DNA from: a virus
Taxonomy: Duplodnaviria > Caudoviricetes
Length of the DNA stretch: 64,000 nt
IMG/VR virus record: IMGVR_UViG_3300020576_005257
Span: 128,001 to 192,000 of that record
Direction: 5' to 3' (one strand)
How positions within the stretch are numbered: the stretch's first letter is position 1; each line of letters starts with the position of its first letter. Positions 42,001-49,450 of this stretch are shown here, in pieces. The notes under the pieces are model-generated. The model was not told where the DNA came from, searched no databases, and saw only the letters and a list, made by a program, of their open reading frames with translations. A program made the translations under genes and the position numbers.

Positions 42001-42239
42001 GTGTCTGAGAAAAGGGTTTTAGTATCGTGTACACCAACAATAGGACCTAAGATACGTCTTAATGTGCTGCTTTGATCACTTAAAGCATTAGCTGCGTTAG
42101 AACCCAAAGTTCTGGGGGCGAGATAAGCAACCGAGCCCAAACCAACAGCAGCAATACCAGCATATTTAGCCAATGCTGAAATTTTATCAGCAAAGCTATC
42201 ATCATGCTCTTTGTGGTATTGAGAATTGGATCCTAGCAT
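36009..42239 (-). CDS. Tape-measure-position giant virion protein with PD-(D/E)XK nuclease-like and SNase-like domains
   Basis: 2076 aa directly after tail chaperones; GTFAH...E...EIKT...QLMYY; SNase-like KLAGV...VNHELIESEYA. Confidence 0.6.
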   Translation of the reverse strand: MLGSNSQYHKEHDDSFADKISALAKYAGIAAVGLGSVAYLAPRTLGSNAANALSDQSSTLRRILGPIVGVHDTKTLFSDTFNYFADSVPQVRRSFLRGAMRDIRREALTESLRKNVHEDSLEHFDKIAPHLTDVFHEFLSGEVEHMSGKLLSDSTMQRFMESTKGVRFNYMTENVKPAVLLEQHRASVKQSMDDAIDLAKRRQVSTEKNLFGGKNGSKNRDVIFGALAKHAREMNASEKAGLDLQGMLHNKNHRGLTIEEITGSHREKVDQYLRNTGHKKTADEIFGKIESNLIELGGEQHAELREAYLKSFSGLGVDKNGDVLSLVHARNSRRTFVNRAKQALQFPLQPIKFNIPFTLGGAYSPDKTPVKFLGEMSKLGELKRMGLNYDNEFGLSIGEQIFSFGRQGTDFTVDRVNAEQASRFIFLNNERSTVLKEMAGTRANLLDNAFSDFSDQVSTKGFLKAAKESLQRPEGGSKTVLENLLHHFQPELFNLNVNDGELKLVPKNIMGSLAGKILGVDPTATSVTSDQIHPTLISQFLKENTGKITPNVELDLQRRMIGGMANLDFNDLSPTVKKLASKARKDGIPLSEDLIRLMELSDNPEALADHLGTMDLEALSNNQVNSTLEKALSDFIESPNRIYDISAPAQNKVELNSVLTPPTKEQVFGDDAVSKIQKDLQRGLIEEFTRASAKSELFSEVKAATGLDQDIALNLLKERGTLIDPTQIENANKIKGIFTKHLNVSSDSEFNYLFEGALKNFNPDEGSLSEGSIGQLVTAFSSHERLAGYMEDPVAKMIAAERVRSDTMLVATSIYKEEQGVSVINRLVNNLGIHDKLDEGGFRARRPSFVPEAPEEAVARYTVLPSATPSMGSLIIGNGLTYTQAMAFHLKTQLGRGFGTVDFAKGLFSANSAQGYLSTSLTALSHGAANVLDQAGLGISETDKATFGRAHTNLMIKRIIPAYIAMEAYKNINADLHNKDQEGIDDFTANVYGNARISTSKFRDRFGLTNPLKHLVYSLPGADMYYNPMDEAETREDLLYGNEQIRMGRGFLIGSRNPAYGGSVESVRPNLYRRLKSHWTEARNVQLSNPNYSFLPTITNPLAPLNALFHPHWQEDLTQKDRPYASEEEMLSYLDEHPSVGYAYEKSHTKMSKVIQTMTNLWGYKKHGMPGPGGSGPGTGGSGSGYGGGGGSLEEALQSAEPGDEDGRAFNYGYNKYASKHEYHKHKLTHKVHEVMDELLRPTGIYSGIVNQIPAYGSNEHEAFQIQDPGVSFSKSRLFYNAKMGEVFPGMYGEFFRRFMPEERQDPDAFNPLQNNQASWLPNKFRRGDPYARLSNGELILPGDAMERANPFVKPLKIRGSMVGLSEDEMVLKFLDPIGSEADEASETRMAFGTFAHKRIMRQMREQGILVGAEIAAYDDEINGSATIETLVRGKSGLEVVEIKTRGSGNINEDNEKYIDQLMYYMYLTDTKVGHLAHVNRDNPDEVRLATYKYDPKRMDAIFNRVAGARARVQEMIDNEEVSPYETYGLIDRIEVLAKAAPESREFRKYVQLAKEKGGFGGMEQRRFEIALEIAKAKTENYNLYPKRNVPTETRDLVVEAITGEGDILTEMGQFKLAGVKYDQQAFAYKDPADLLAQYGIHVGQKTSVTLIKGQFNPDVTKNTVLEAIFGDVNHELIESEYADEDYKSRNPLANQVFGRDGLGTSVTDTILHSDNMFSNKFLRVRTALEQYKRGEVYGTDEYSLKNLKDNYVVPTVNSIISKNPVVAGAQSALVASIFFRTKKMKGKAAMVAGAVGASLSLLKELNETLTGETWKPKRTRKRNDFDEYYDILTYVKESTIAEAALKAKNGERQVKTGHQQVALQAKQFEKLASDAEFKARRTMYGFDVVNGTLDEALATLPRRHRQIAESIITTATQAEKDEYYDLLPNAEKRVLGKFLGVEEDKLPTKPNLTEYFKHHNLPKSDWGGWRRDTDLDDIKLRATEHEDIKIARPSKRKLAKAKVFSEGVEVPRMNKRTKENIQRELDKLAGSGEFGNILINYETIPTSHNVIDINMQLNHDRRAEVEREKQKQLRR

Positions 42240-42817
42240 TAAAAGCCTCTTCTAGAATCGTAGCCCCCATTTTGAGCGTAAAAGACATCATCTCTTCCAC
42301 CTATATGCCCTTTAGCTTGGGCTGCTTCTAAGGCTTGACTCATTTGAGCATCAGGAGCATCTCCCACTGTAACAAAACCCTCTTCAACAGTTTTACCTGT
42401 CATATTTTCAAAGGTAATCTTGCCGACTATCAGACATTTAGCTCGATCTAGAGGATCACAGTTTCTTAGATAGGTTGGATTTAAACCTAATACAGCAATA
42501 CCTACTGCCTCATAAACCCCATCGGGATCTAATATCCAATTCTCAGCTTGGGTTAAAGTTAATTGATCTTCATCATAACCAGAAAGCTTTTTTATGTGAA
42601 AAAGCAGAGTTTGACAAGTGCCCTCTAAATCTACGTCGGGCTGGTAATTTTTAACACACTTCTTTAAGATAAATTCATCAATTTCTGTTTCTGTCTCTCT
42701 TGTTAAAGCAGCATTCCACTCACCCCAAGACAGACATCTAAAATGGTAAGACTTAGGCTTCATATCTGGGCCTTTGAGAGTTACCTCAAACCATCTAAAA
42801 TCTCTTTCAAAATCCAT
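42239..42817 (-). CDS. Tail assembly chaperone-like protein
   Basis: FRCLSWGEW...ILKKCV...GTCQTL...IKKLSGY domain; between tube genes and tape measure. Confidence 0.6.
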   Translation of the reverse strand: MDFERDFRWFEVTLKGPDMKPKSYHFRCLSWGEWNAALTRETETEIDEFILKKCVKNYQPDVDLEGTCQTLLFHIKKLSGYDEDQLTLTQAENWILDPDGVYEAVGIAVLGLNPTYLRNCDPLDRAKCLIVGKITFENMTGKTVEEGFVTVGDAPDAQMSQALEAAQAKGHIGGRDDVFYAQNGGYDSRRGF

Positions 42818-42830
42818 GTTTATAAATACC

Positions 42831-42864
42831 TATGGTCATCACGGCGTAACCAATGATGACCATA
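42831..42864 (-). terminator. Stem-loop between the two chaperone genes
   Basis: TATGGTCATCA ... TGATGACCATA 11-bp arms, 12-nt loop. Confidence 0.55.
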
Positions 42865-42886
42865 ATAATTGCTAACTACTCCGCAA

Positions 42887-43579
42887 TTAGAGTTCAGAAA
42901 CCAGGGCTTCGCTATCCCAACCGCTTAAGTCAGCTGCTGCTCTGCCAAGTGTTTCAATCCATCCAGCAGGAATAATCTCCCAATCTACTTGTTCGGGCCA
43001 AAGAGTTACCTGTCTAGTTAAAGCCAATCTGTCATCAATAGCTTGAGTGGAGATCTTAATATCTGTCCTAGTCATAGGCCTTAATACAAAGAAACAGCTC
43101 TCAACTTGCACCTTAAATAGAGGAAATTTGGTTGATTTTTGAAGCTCTGCAATCTCTTCCTCTGAAGGCTCTCCCCAAAATGGAAATGGTTGAATAAGAG
43201 TGGTATAAATCTCAGGGGCCAGAATTCTATCAGCAATATCAACATCAAGGAATCCTGATCTTTCTTGTATAACCTTAGATACTGATGGTACTACTCCAAC
43301 TGGAAGATTATATTTTTCTTCTATTGTGAGTTTAGGCCACAAAACACATTGATCAAACACAGCTTGGTGAACTTCATCTAAAGGTAGATGATTCTTACCA
43401 TTGCTTTGCTTGGCAGCACTAACCATCTCCATGATATATGTGTATGTCTCTCTAGAAATGGTCTTAAAGATAACCTGATCTTCTCGTCTTGGCCAATCAT
43501 AGCTAAGAATAGGGATACCAGGATTAAGTGCCTTAATCTCTGCGATTGTCTGTTCGGATGCTTGTCCTTTTCCTATCAT
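42887..43579 (-). CDS. Tail assembly chaperone-like protein with internal tandem duplication
   Basis: Two repeats: FKTISR...CVLWP...PVGVV..V...I..RSGF and LRPMTR...VTLWP...PAGWI..L....ADLSGW. Confidence 0.6.
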   Translation of the reverse strand: MIGKGQASEQTIAEIKALNPGIPILSYDWPRREDQVIFKTISRETYTYIMEMVSAAKQSNGKNHLPLDEVHQAVFDQCVLWPKLTIEEKYNLPVGVVPSVSKVIQERSGFLDVDIADRILAPEIYTTLIQPFPFWGEPSEEEIAELQKSTKFPLFKVQVESCFFVLRPMTRTDIKISTQAIDDRLALTRQVTLWPEQVDWEIIPAGWIETLGRAAADLSGWDSEALVSEL

Positions 43580-43587
43580 AATTTCAC

Positions 43588-44415
43588 TTAATTTTGTAAA
43601 TCTTCAAATTTAATTACTTGAATGTTTCTAGCCTGGAAAGTATAGCTTTCCATAATTGGCCTACCATCATCACCTATGACTTTAGTTACACCACCCAAAC
43701 TAACTCCAATGATTTTAAGGCCAGTTGGAATTTTAGTATTTAATTTGGGTTCATGTGTATTAGTGATGCTCGGTGTCATATTATCTGTACCAGAGAATCG
43801 TAAAACTTGCTCACTTTTTATTTGGGTGCCATAAGTAATATTTAAATCAAAGCCCTCTTCCTTGGTACGGAACATGGGTGCTTCATTCAGAATAATTGGT
43901 GAATAATTACCGCCGCCACTATCCAATAAATCATCATTATATACTTGATCTACGATTTTAGATAGGGTCCTACCCTTATAACTTCCAGACCTGATAGCAT
44001 CAATGGTCGTTTTATCGTATCTAAATAAACCATACTCTGTTCCTACAGCAGGAACAGGGTTATTTGCTTCGTTGTTTCTAGATCCAGTAAGCCAATTTTC
44101 TTCTCGTTTTAGGGCACTTATCAAAGAAAAAATATAACCATCTTTCTTGAAATTAACACTCAGCTCACCAACAATTAATCTCTGACCATGCACCATACGA
44201 TCGGGTACATAGCTAGCATAACCATAAACAGGCCTAATGGGTTCTATAATCTGATAGCTAACCTGTACAGCTTCTTCTAGTCTGATATTGTTAGCATAAA
44301 CTCTAACATCCTGCCCAGACCAATAGGTTGAATCAAATCTATCTACAACCTTCCACTGCTCACCAATTTCATAAGAAGGTGGTCTGTAAGAATTATTATT
44401 TGGTGTTAGTGGCAT
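43588..44415 (-). CDS. Tail tube-like protein (paralog 3; probable tube initiator)
   Basis: YWSGQDVRVY...PVYGY...GQRLIVGEL...FDLNI...ESYTFQAR. Confidence 0.7.
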   Translation of the reverse strand: MPLTPNNNSYRPPSYEIGEQWKVVDRFDSTYWSGQDVRVYANNIRLEEAVQVSYQIIEPIRPVYGYASYVPDRMVHGQRLIVGELSVNFKKDGYIFSLISALKREENWLTGSRNNEANNPVPAVGTEYGLFRYDKTTIDAIRSGSYKGRTLSKIVDQVYNDDLLDSGGGNYSPIILNEAPMFRTKEEGFDLNITYGTQIKSEQVLRFSGTDNMTPSITNTHEPKLNTKIPTGLKIIGVSLGGVTKVIGDDGRPIMESYTFQARNIQVIKFEDLQN

Positions 44416-44624
44416 TAACTATCTCCTAAATGAACTGCATCCTGAATTTGAGACAATAAAGAAGATATTGAAATATTCAAAGCAGAAGCATCTCGATTAA
44501 GTAGAGCATAATTTGCTGTAGTTAAAGGAGAACCAGGGATAGTTGATTCCTCATAAACAGAGTTAAATGAAGCTTCATAGGGGTTTATGTTTAAAGATTG
44601 AATTGTAGTAATAATCTGGTTCAT
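44415..44624 (-). CDS. Small hypothetical protein
   Basis: 69 aa; AGGAG SD upstream; TAATG-coupled to next gene. Confidence 0.55.
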   Translation of the reverse strand: MNQIITTIQSLNINPYEASFNSVYEESTIPGSPLTTANYALLNRDASALNISISSLLSQIQDAVHLGDS

Positions 44625-44635
44625 CTTAACTCCTA

Positions 44636-45850
44636 TTAAATTCTAGTAATTGGAATTAAGCTTCCAATAGCTAACAAATTCCCATTACCATCAACCTTCC
44701 ACTTGTTATGGTGCCATACCCCATTACTAAAATATGTATTAGTGGGACCACTTAAAGCTATATTCACAACAGTACCAACCCCAGCTTCTTTTATAGATAA
44801 GATCTCTACTGGGTCCAATCTAATATCAAGTAGTACAGTTTCTAAGGAGAGGTCTGCTGTTATCTGGAAGTTATGGGGGTTTAACGGGTCAATACAGACC
44901 CTGTGGGATGTTGAACAGTAAAAAGTACCTGTCTTGGTTACAACTTCGTATATGGGCTGATTTTCAATAATGTTTTTTGCAATTACTGTTTCCTCTGTTC
45001 CTTTCCAAGAAGTAACCTTATCACCCACAATTAAATCTTCTGCTTTAACCAAAGCGAAAGGTGTGTGAATCTCAGAACCTAACAACAAACACTCCGAAGA
45101 CATCATACCCAAACTACCAGAAGCCGAAACAGAAGTTATGTTGCTAAAAGCTTCCCCTTTACTTGGCAGATTAGTAGTCTGAACATTGGAGGTTAATACA
45201 GCTTTAGGTGGCTCTGGTTGTCTTCTTTCTGGAATTGAAACTAAATTAAATTGGGATAAATCATTTATGTCAGTAAATGATTGTGCCATAAACCCATAAG
45301 AGTCCCCAATATTAGGATCATTGATATTAGCATTTCTACCAGAGTCAGTGATCTCAATACCTTTAATCATCAAAAAGGCATTATCATTAGTTGCATGGAG
45401 ACCTTTAAAGACAACTAATAAATCAAATTTAGGTAATTCGTCTGGAAGAAGTCTTAAAGCATTGTAAGCATTTCCAGACCAGGAAGCAAACTCTCTTAAC
45501 AAAGGGGCGAAGGGGTTTTCATTTATAAACGTAAAACCCAATGATCCAGCGATCATTCTATGCCCCCTAGTGGTTCCCTTGCTACCACGAGAACCTAAAG
45601 AAACAACGGGGTATTTGTCTCTGTGAGTAGAAATAGCTAAAAGAGCTAAATTATAAAGGGGAACTTCAGTTAATTTGCCCTCTTTGCTGTTTAAAGAAAA
45701 AGGAACAAGGGCAGTAACGTGCATATCGGATGGAGAATATACTTTGGCATTTTTATACATGGCTGGGATTTTAGCTCCCGTTGTGTACACATAGCCATCT
45801 AATTCTACATCACCTGCTTGTCTATAGATAGGGTCTCTATATTCTGCCAT
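44636..45850 (-). CDS. Tail tube-like protein (paralog 2) fused to a C-terminal Hint (BIL-like) domain
   Basis: YSPSD...PVVSLG...TRGHRMIAGSL...DELPKFD; Hint residues 254-382 from CLLLGSEI to GVWHHN. Confidence 0.8.
   Translation of the reverse strand: MAEYRDPIYRQAGDVELDGYVYTTGAKIPAMYKNAKVYSPSDMHVTALVPFSLNSKEGKLTEVPLYNLALLAISTHRDKYPVVSLGSRGSKGTTRGHRMIAGSLGFTFINENPFAPLLREFASWSGNAYNALRLLPDELPKFDLLVVFKGLHATNDNAFLMIKGIEITDSGRNANINDPNIGDSYGFMAQSFTDINDLSQFNLVSIPERRQPEPPKAVLTSNVQTTNLPSKGEAFSNITSVSASGSLGMMSSECLLLGSEIHTPFALVKAEDLIVGDKVTSWKGTEETVIAKNIIENQPIYEVVTKTGTFYCSTSHRVCIDPLNPHNFQITADLSLETVLLDIRLDPVEILSIKEAGVGTVVNIALSGPTNTYFSNGVWHHNKWKVDGNGNLLAIGSLIPITRI
44705..45091 (-). other. Hint domain, 129 aa, no endonuclease, +1 residue Lys
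   Basis: Block A CLLLGSEIHT...EDLIVGDKV; block B CSTSH; blocks F/G VVNIAL...TYFSNGVWHHN|K. Confidence 0.85.
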
Positions 45851-45859
45851 AAAACATAC

Positions 45860-45886
45860 GGTAGCTAGGGCTTAGCCCTAGCTACC
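45860..45886 (-). terminator. Hairpin downstream of major tail tube
   Basis: GGTAGCTAGGGC-TTA-GCCCTAGCTACC; followed on minus strand by GTATGTTTT. Confidence 0.7.
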
Positions 45887-45898
45887 CCTCAGTTGGTA

Positions 45899-46675
45899 TT
45901 AACCAACTGTAAGCGCAGTCCACGGCGAGACTGCAAGAGCAACAAAGGCCATACCCATTTGTCCGCCCATATCTGCCTGACTGATACCACCAGTTTCCTG
46001 GGTAATCTGCACACCAAACAGTGTACATTTTCTAGCTGCTCCTGACTTATTAACACCAACCAACGTGATGTCAAAAGGAGGAATCTGATCTGCGTATTGC
46101 AAAATCACATTCTTCGCAGCAGAAGCAGCATCAATAATTTGCTCCTTCAACTGTGCCTGAAGATCAGTTGCACTAAGTCCACGGAAGTTAGACAATCCAC
46201 CAAGATTGTTAGCATCTGGGCTTTGGTAGGTGAAACCACCACCAAGAGCATTAGAGCCAACTACCTGAGTTGTGTCAAAAGTGCCGTTTGACAAGTTAAG
46301 TCCATTAGTTCCTTGTGAAAGATTCCACAAATCACCAATAACTCCAAGTCTACTTTCATGTAGCCGCCAAATCTCATGTAAGAATGCATGTTGGGCAAAT
46401 TCTTGTAGAACCAGTGAACCAACGACCACCCGTTTGCCTTGGGTAAAGGCAACGGGATCGCGGCGACCCATAACATGGTTACTTACAGTTTCTGTGCTGG
46501 TGGTCCAAGAAATGGCCTCAGCGTTACCCACTTTAGTATCGTTAAAATAGACTTGATGGTCGTGACCCGAGAAAGTCTTGTCAGCATAGTCCGTTACACT
46601 ATAACTAGCCTTTTTAGGCTTATAGTTTGCGGAATATGAAGAGTAGGCTCCTCTTTGAAATGGATTAGTTCTCAT
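45899..46675 (-). CDS. Major tail tube protein
   Basis: Directly after sheath; TFSGHD...MGRRDPVAFTQGKRVVVGSL...DQIPPFDI; followed by strong hairpin. Confidence 0.8.
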   Translation of the reverse strand: MRTNPFQRGAYSSYSANYKPKKASYSVTDYADKTFSGHDHQVYFNDTKVGNAEAISWTTSTETVSNHVMGRRDPVAFTQGKRVVVGSLVLQEFAQHAFLHEIWRLHESRLGVIGDLWNLSQGTNGLNLSNGTFDTTQVVGSNALGGGFTYQSPDANNLGGLSNFRGLSATDLQAQLKEQIIDAASAAKNVILQYADQIPPFDITLVGVNKSGAARKCTLFGVQITQETGGISQADMGGQMGMAFVALAVSPWTALTVG

Positions 46676-46693
46676 TGTGTTAGTTTATCCTTA

Positions 46694-48448
46694 TTAATCA
46701 ACCTGTCTAATCGAAACGACAAGCTTAATCTGTCTGATTGCGTTGGCAAGAGCCAATTCAATAAAGACGGTAACTATTCCAACGTTACCCTCTGTTCCGA
46801 GCATTTCAACTCGATAGTCGTATCCTACGCCTCTACTTCCTCTTAGACCACCACTCATGTTGTAGCCTTCAAGAACATTCTCGATTCGGCTTTCCATAGC
46901 AGCTCTAACATCAAGCCCACTAGCCTGACCCAAGAAGCCGCGAAGCGCGGTTTGAAGGTCTTTCTGGATGGAAGCTGTCATGTGTCTAGCTTGGTAGTTG
47001 CGATAATTTGAGTCTCTCTGACCAGCAGTTACGTCATCATTAACTACAAGGTTGGCTAAAGGATTAACCTGGTCTCTTACTAAGACAACGTAAGCACCTC
47101 CACCACTGATATTGTTATTCATATCAGCACCCACACCATTTTGCAACAATGTCGCATACGTATGGGGGAATGGTCGAGTATAACCCTTAATACCCGGAAT
47201 AGGAGTTTGAGTTGCTGATTGTTCTGGCGGAATCGTAGTTAAGAAAGCGGCATAGGCAACTACAGGAGAAGTTGTATAATCTCCACCCATATCTACGTGG
47301 CTATAAACCACATCAGGACCCGCAACCACGGAAACATTTGTAAATACATCGTTAACAGTACCCCTTGCACCTGCTCGACTTCGACCAGTATAAAGAATAG
47401 GACCTGCTTTAATCCACTTGCTAGCTTGTTTAAAGTAGCCATACGAAGTTGCCAAAAGGTTACTAGTAAGCCAGTTAATGACTTGGTTGTCGTCTCTGGA
47501 AGTGAAGCTTCTTGTACCAATAACACCGTGACACGGCATAATTTCGGCAGACATAGCATCAACCCAATCCGCAAAGTCATTAATGATACTAGTACTAGTA
47601 GCATTACCACCAGCAGTTACCTGATCATCAACATTAATACCAGTCAGACAAATAATATCTGCTCCGTATCGTTGGTTTCTAAGAGATTGGAAAGTTCCTG
47701 TAACCGCTGCTACAAGGCCACCCGCATAACCAAACAAACCTGAACCAGCAGCTGTGAAATGTTCTGGGCCAAAAGTTTCGCCTCTTGCAAAACAACCATT
47801 AGTACCACCACTAAAACTGGCGGTACCAGTAATACTGGCTGTTAAAGAGCTTAACGTGGAAGCAAGGAAAGGATTTAATGCATCAGCAGAGTCATCAATT
47901 TCAACGACTTTATTAGCAAATGCACCATTAACTCGGGTAATAAACTCACCTAAAGTAGTACCACTAGCACTACCTGTAAAACTTAAATTACCGCCCTTAC
48001 TAAGAGGCTGAGTTAGCGTAAAGGTGTAAGTGTCCCCGGAAATACCGAGTGACATGGTTTGTGAATTATAGATTCTGCCAGGATTCTGGGCAGTACCTAC
48101 AAGATAACCACCAGAACCCAATGTTACGGTAGCTTTAGTACCGCTAGCTCTAACGACTGTAATATCCTTACAACCAGCTGAAATAGCCTGAGCAATAGCT
48201 AGAGGAAGAGTAGCACCTGCATACTTCCCTGTCTCGGTTCCAGTAATAGGATCTAGGTAACTATTACTATAATTTGCTGGACCAAACAGCTTTTCAGCTT
48301 GAGTGGCATCATCAATCCGGACGGGCTTATTCAACGGCCCATCTAGAGCCGTACCGATAATAAGTAGGCTGTTAGTTGTGGGACCCTCCACAATTTGTTT
48401 GATTTTACCACCAATTGTGGTAAAGGTAATTCCTGGAATAACTGACAT
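46694..48448 (-). CDS. Tail sheath protein
   Basis: LIIGTALDGPLNKPV...AEKLFG N-terminus; C-terminal FLG...IRQIKLVVS; AGGAG SD. Confidence 0.85.
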   Translation of the reverse strand: MSVIPGITFTTIGGKIKQIVEGPTTNSLLIIGTALDGPLNKPVRIDDATQAEKLFGPANYSNSYLDPITGTETGKYAGATLPLAIAQAISAGCKDITVVRASGTKATVTLGSGGYLVGTAQNPGRIYNSQTMSLGISGDTYTFTLTQPLSKGGNLSFTGSASGTTLGEFITRVNGAFANKVVEIDDSADALNPFLASTLSSLTASITGTASFSGGTNGCFARGETFGPEHFTAAGSGLFGYAGGLVAAVTGTFQSLRNQRYGADIICLTGINVDDQVTAGGNATSTSIINDFADWVDAMSAEIMPCHGVIGTRSFTSRDDNQVINWLTSNLLATSYGYFKQASKWIKAGPILYTGRSRAGARGTVNDVFTNVSVVAGPDVVYSHVDMGGDYTTSPVVAYAAFLTTIPPEQSATQTPIPGIKGYTRPFPHTYATLLQNGVGADMNNNISGGGAYVVLVRDQVNPLANLVVNDDVTAGQRDSNYRNYQARHMTASIQKDLQTALRGFLGQASGLDVRAAMESRIENVLEGYNMSGGLRGSRGVGYDYRVEMLGTEGNVGIVTVFIELALANAIRQIKLVVSIRQVD

Positions 48449-48510
48449 GCTTATTTATCTCCTAATATAATAGAGTACGTTCTATTCTCGTTCATTTTCT
48501 GTTTATTTTT

Positions 48511-49428
48511 TTAAGAGTCTTCCAATTCGGACTCTGTAATTCTTTCTGGGAAAGTTTCTACTGGTTTTCTAGAACTAAAAGTCGTAACAGTAGGGGCGAA
48601 CAAATACTCAATAACAAAATCTTCTCCTACTTGAGGAGGTGTTCCTGCATCATCTAACCACTTAATTTGGATGGTATTATCATCCATTCTGACTACTTGA
48701 TAATCAATGCCAGCATAAAGGTTACTTAGTTCACTGCTGTTAGATCTGAATTTTACTATGGACTTAATGTCTGTAATAGTAAAAGTTGATTTATTAGGAA
48801 TTGGCACATACAAAGAATTAGAACTTGTTCTAGTTAACCTTTCGGTTACATCTATATAAGATCCAACTCTTGTCTCCACTACGATTTCTCTGAGTTCTGG
48901 AAGGATGACTTTATATCTTACTGGAAGAACTATGGTGTATCTAATTGTTCTCACATTTAGATCATCTTGACTCTTCCAGTCGTAGTTTGAATCCCCCATT
49001 TGTTGCTCAAAAACCAGGACAAGGCCTGGAAATTGAAGCTGGAGTAATCCTTCACAGTCATTTATAGCATTTTCTAGGTCCCAAGCCAGACTATTGACTT
49101 CTGTGTTGGAGGTTCCAAATACAGCAAATTCCAAAGTAATTCGAAATTGTTGTTTGTGAGTTTCAACTAATTGACCAAACTCATCTGTGCCCATAGTCCC
49201 AGAGTAAGATGCCCCTCTAGACTGTGCAATTCCATGCTGTCCACCACCAGGGACTCTACGATAGATTCTCCAGGTGATTGTTGGTTGAGTTACAGCTTCT
49301 TTAGGGTAACTCTCAGAATATGCAAGTTTATACTTGTTGACAAAGAATTCTCCAATAAGGTCATAAATATATGACCCAATTGCATACGGATTCACGTCCG
49401 CTCTTGTGTCAGTTGGTAAAACCGCCAT
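48511..49428 (-). CDS. Tail terminator/completion-like protein
   Basis: YPKE...PTITW...LEFAVF...VNSLA..LE; position between neck and sheath. Confidence 0.55.
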   Translation of the reverse strand: MAVLPTDTRADVNPYAIGSYIYDLIGEFFVNKYKLAYSESYPKEAVTQPTITWRIYRRVPGGGQHGIAQSRGASYSGTMGTDEFGQLVETHKQQFRITLEFAVFGTSNTEVNSLAWDLENAINDCEGLLQLQFPGLVLVFEQQMGDSNYDWKSQDDLNVRTIRYTIVLPVRYKVILPELREIVVETRVGSYIDVTERLTRTSSNSLYVPIPNKSTFTITDIKSIVKFRSNSSELSNLYAGIDYQVVRMDDNTIQIKWLDDAGTPPQVGEDFVIEYLFAPTVTTFSSRKPVETFPERITESELEDS

Positions 49429-49440
49429 AGCTGTCTTACT

Positions 49441-49448
49441 AAATAGAG
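49441..49448 (-). promoter_or_regulatory. CTCTATTT motif (candidate late promoter)
   Basis: 12 nt before ATG of tail-completion gene. Confidence 0.5.
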
Positions 49449-49450
49449 GG

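Noticed and set aside
42818-42900. Programmed -1 frameshift between tail chaperones
   Set aside because: ORFs do not overlap, no XXXYYYZ slippery site seen at the end of the first gene, and the second has its own ATG.
44705-45091. Canonical splicing intein
   Set aside because: +1 residue is Lys, no endonuclease, and the domain is near the C-terminus rather than in a conserved core.
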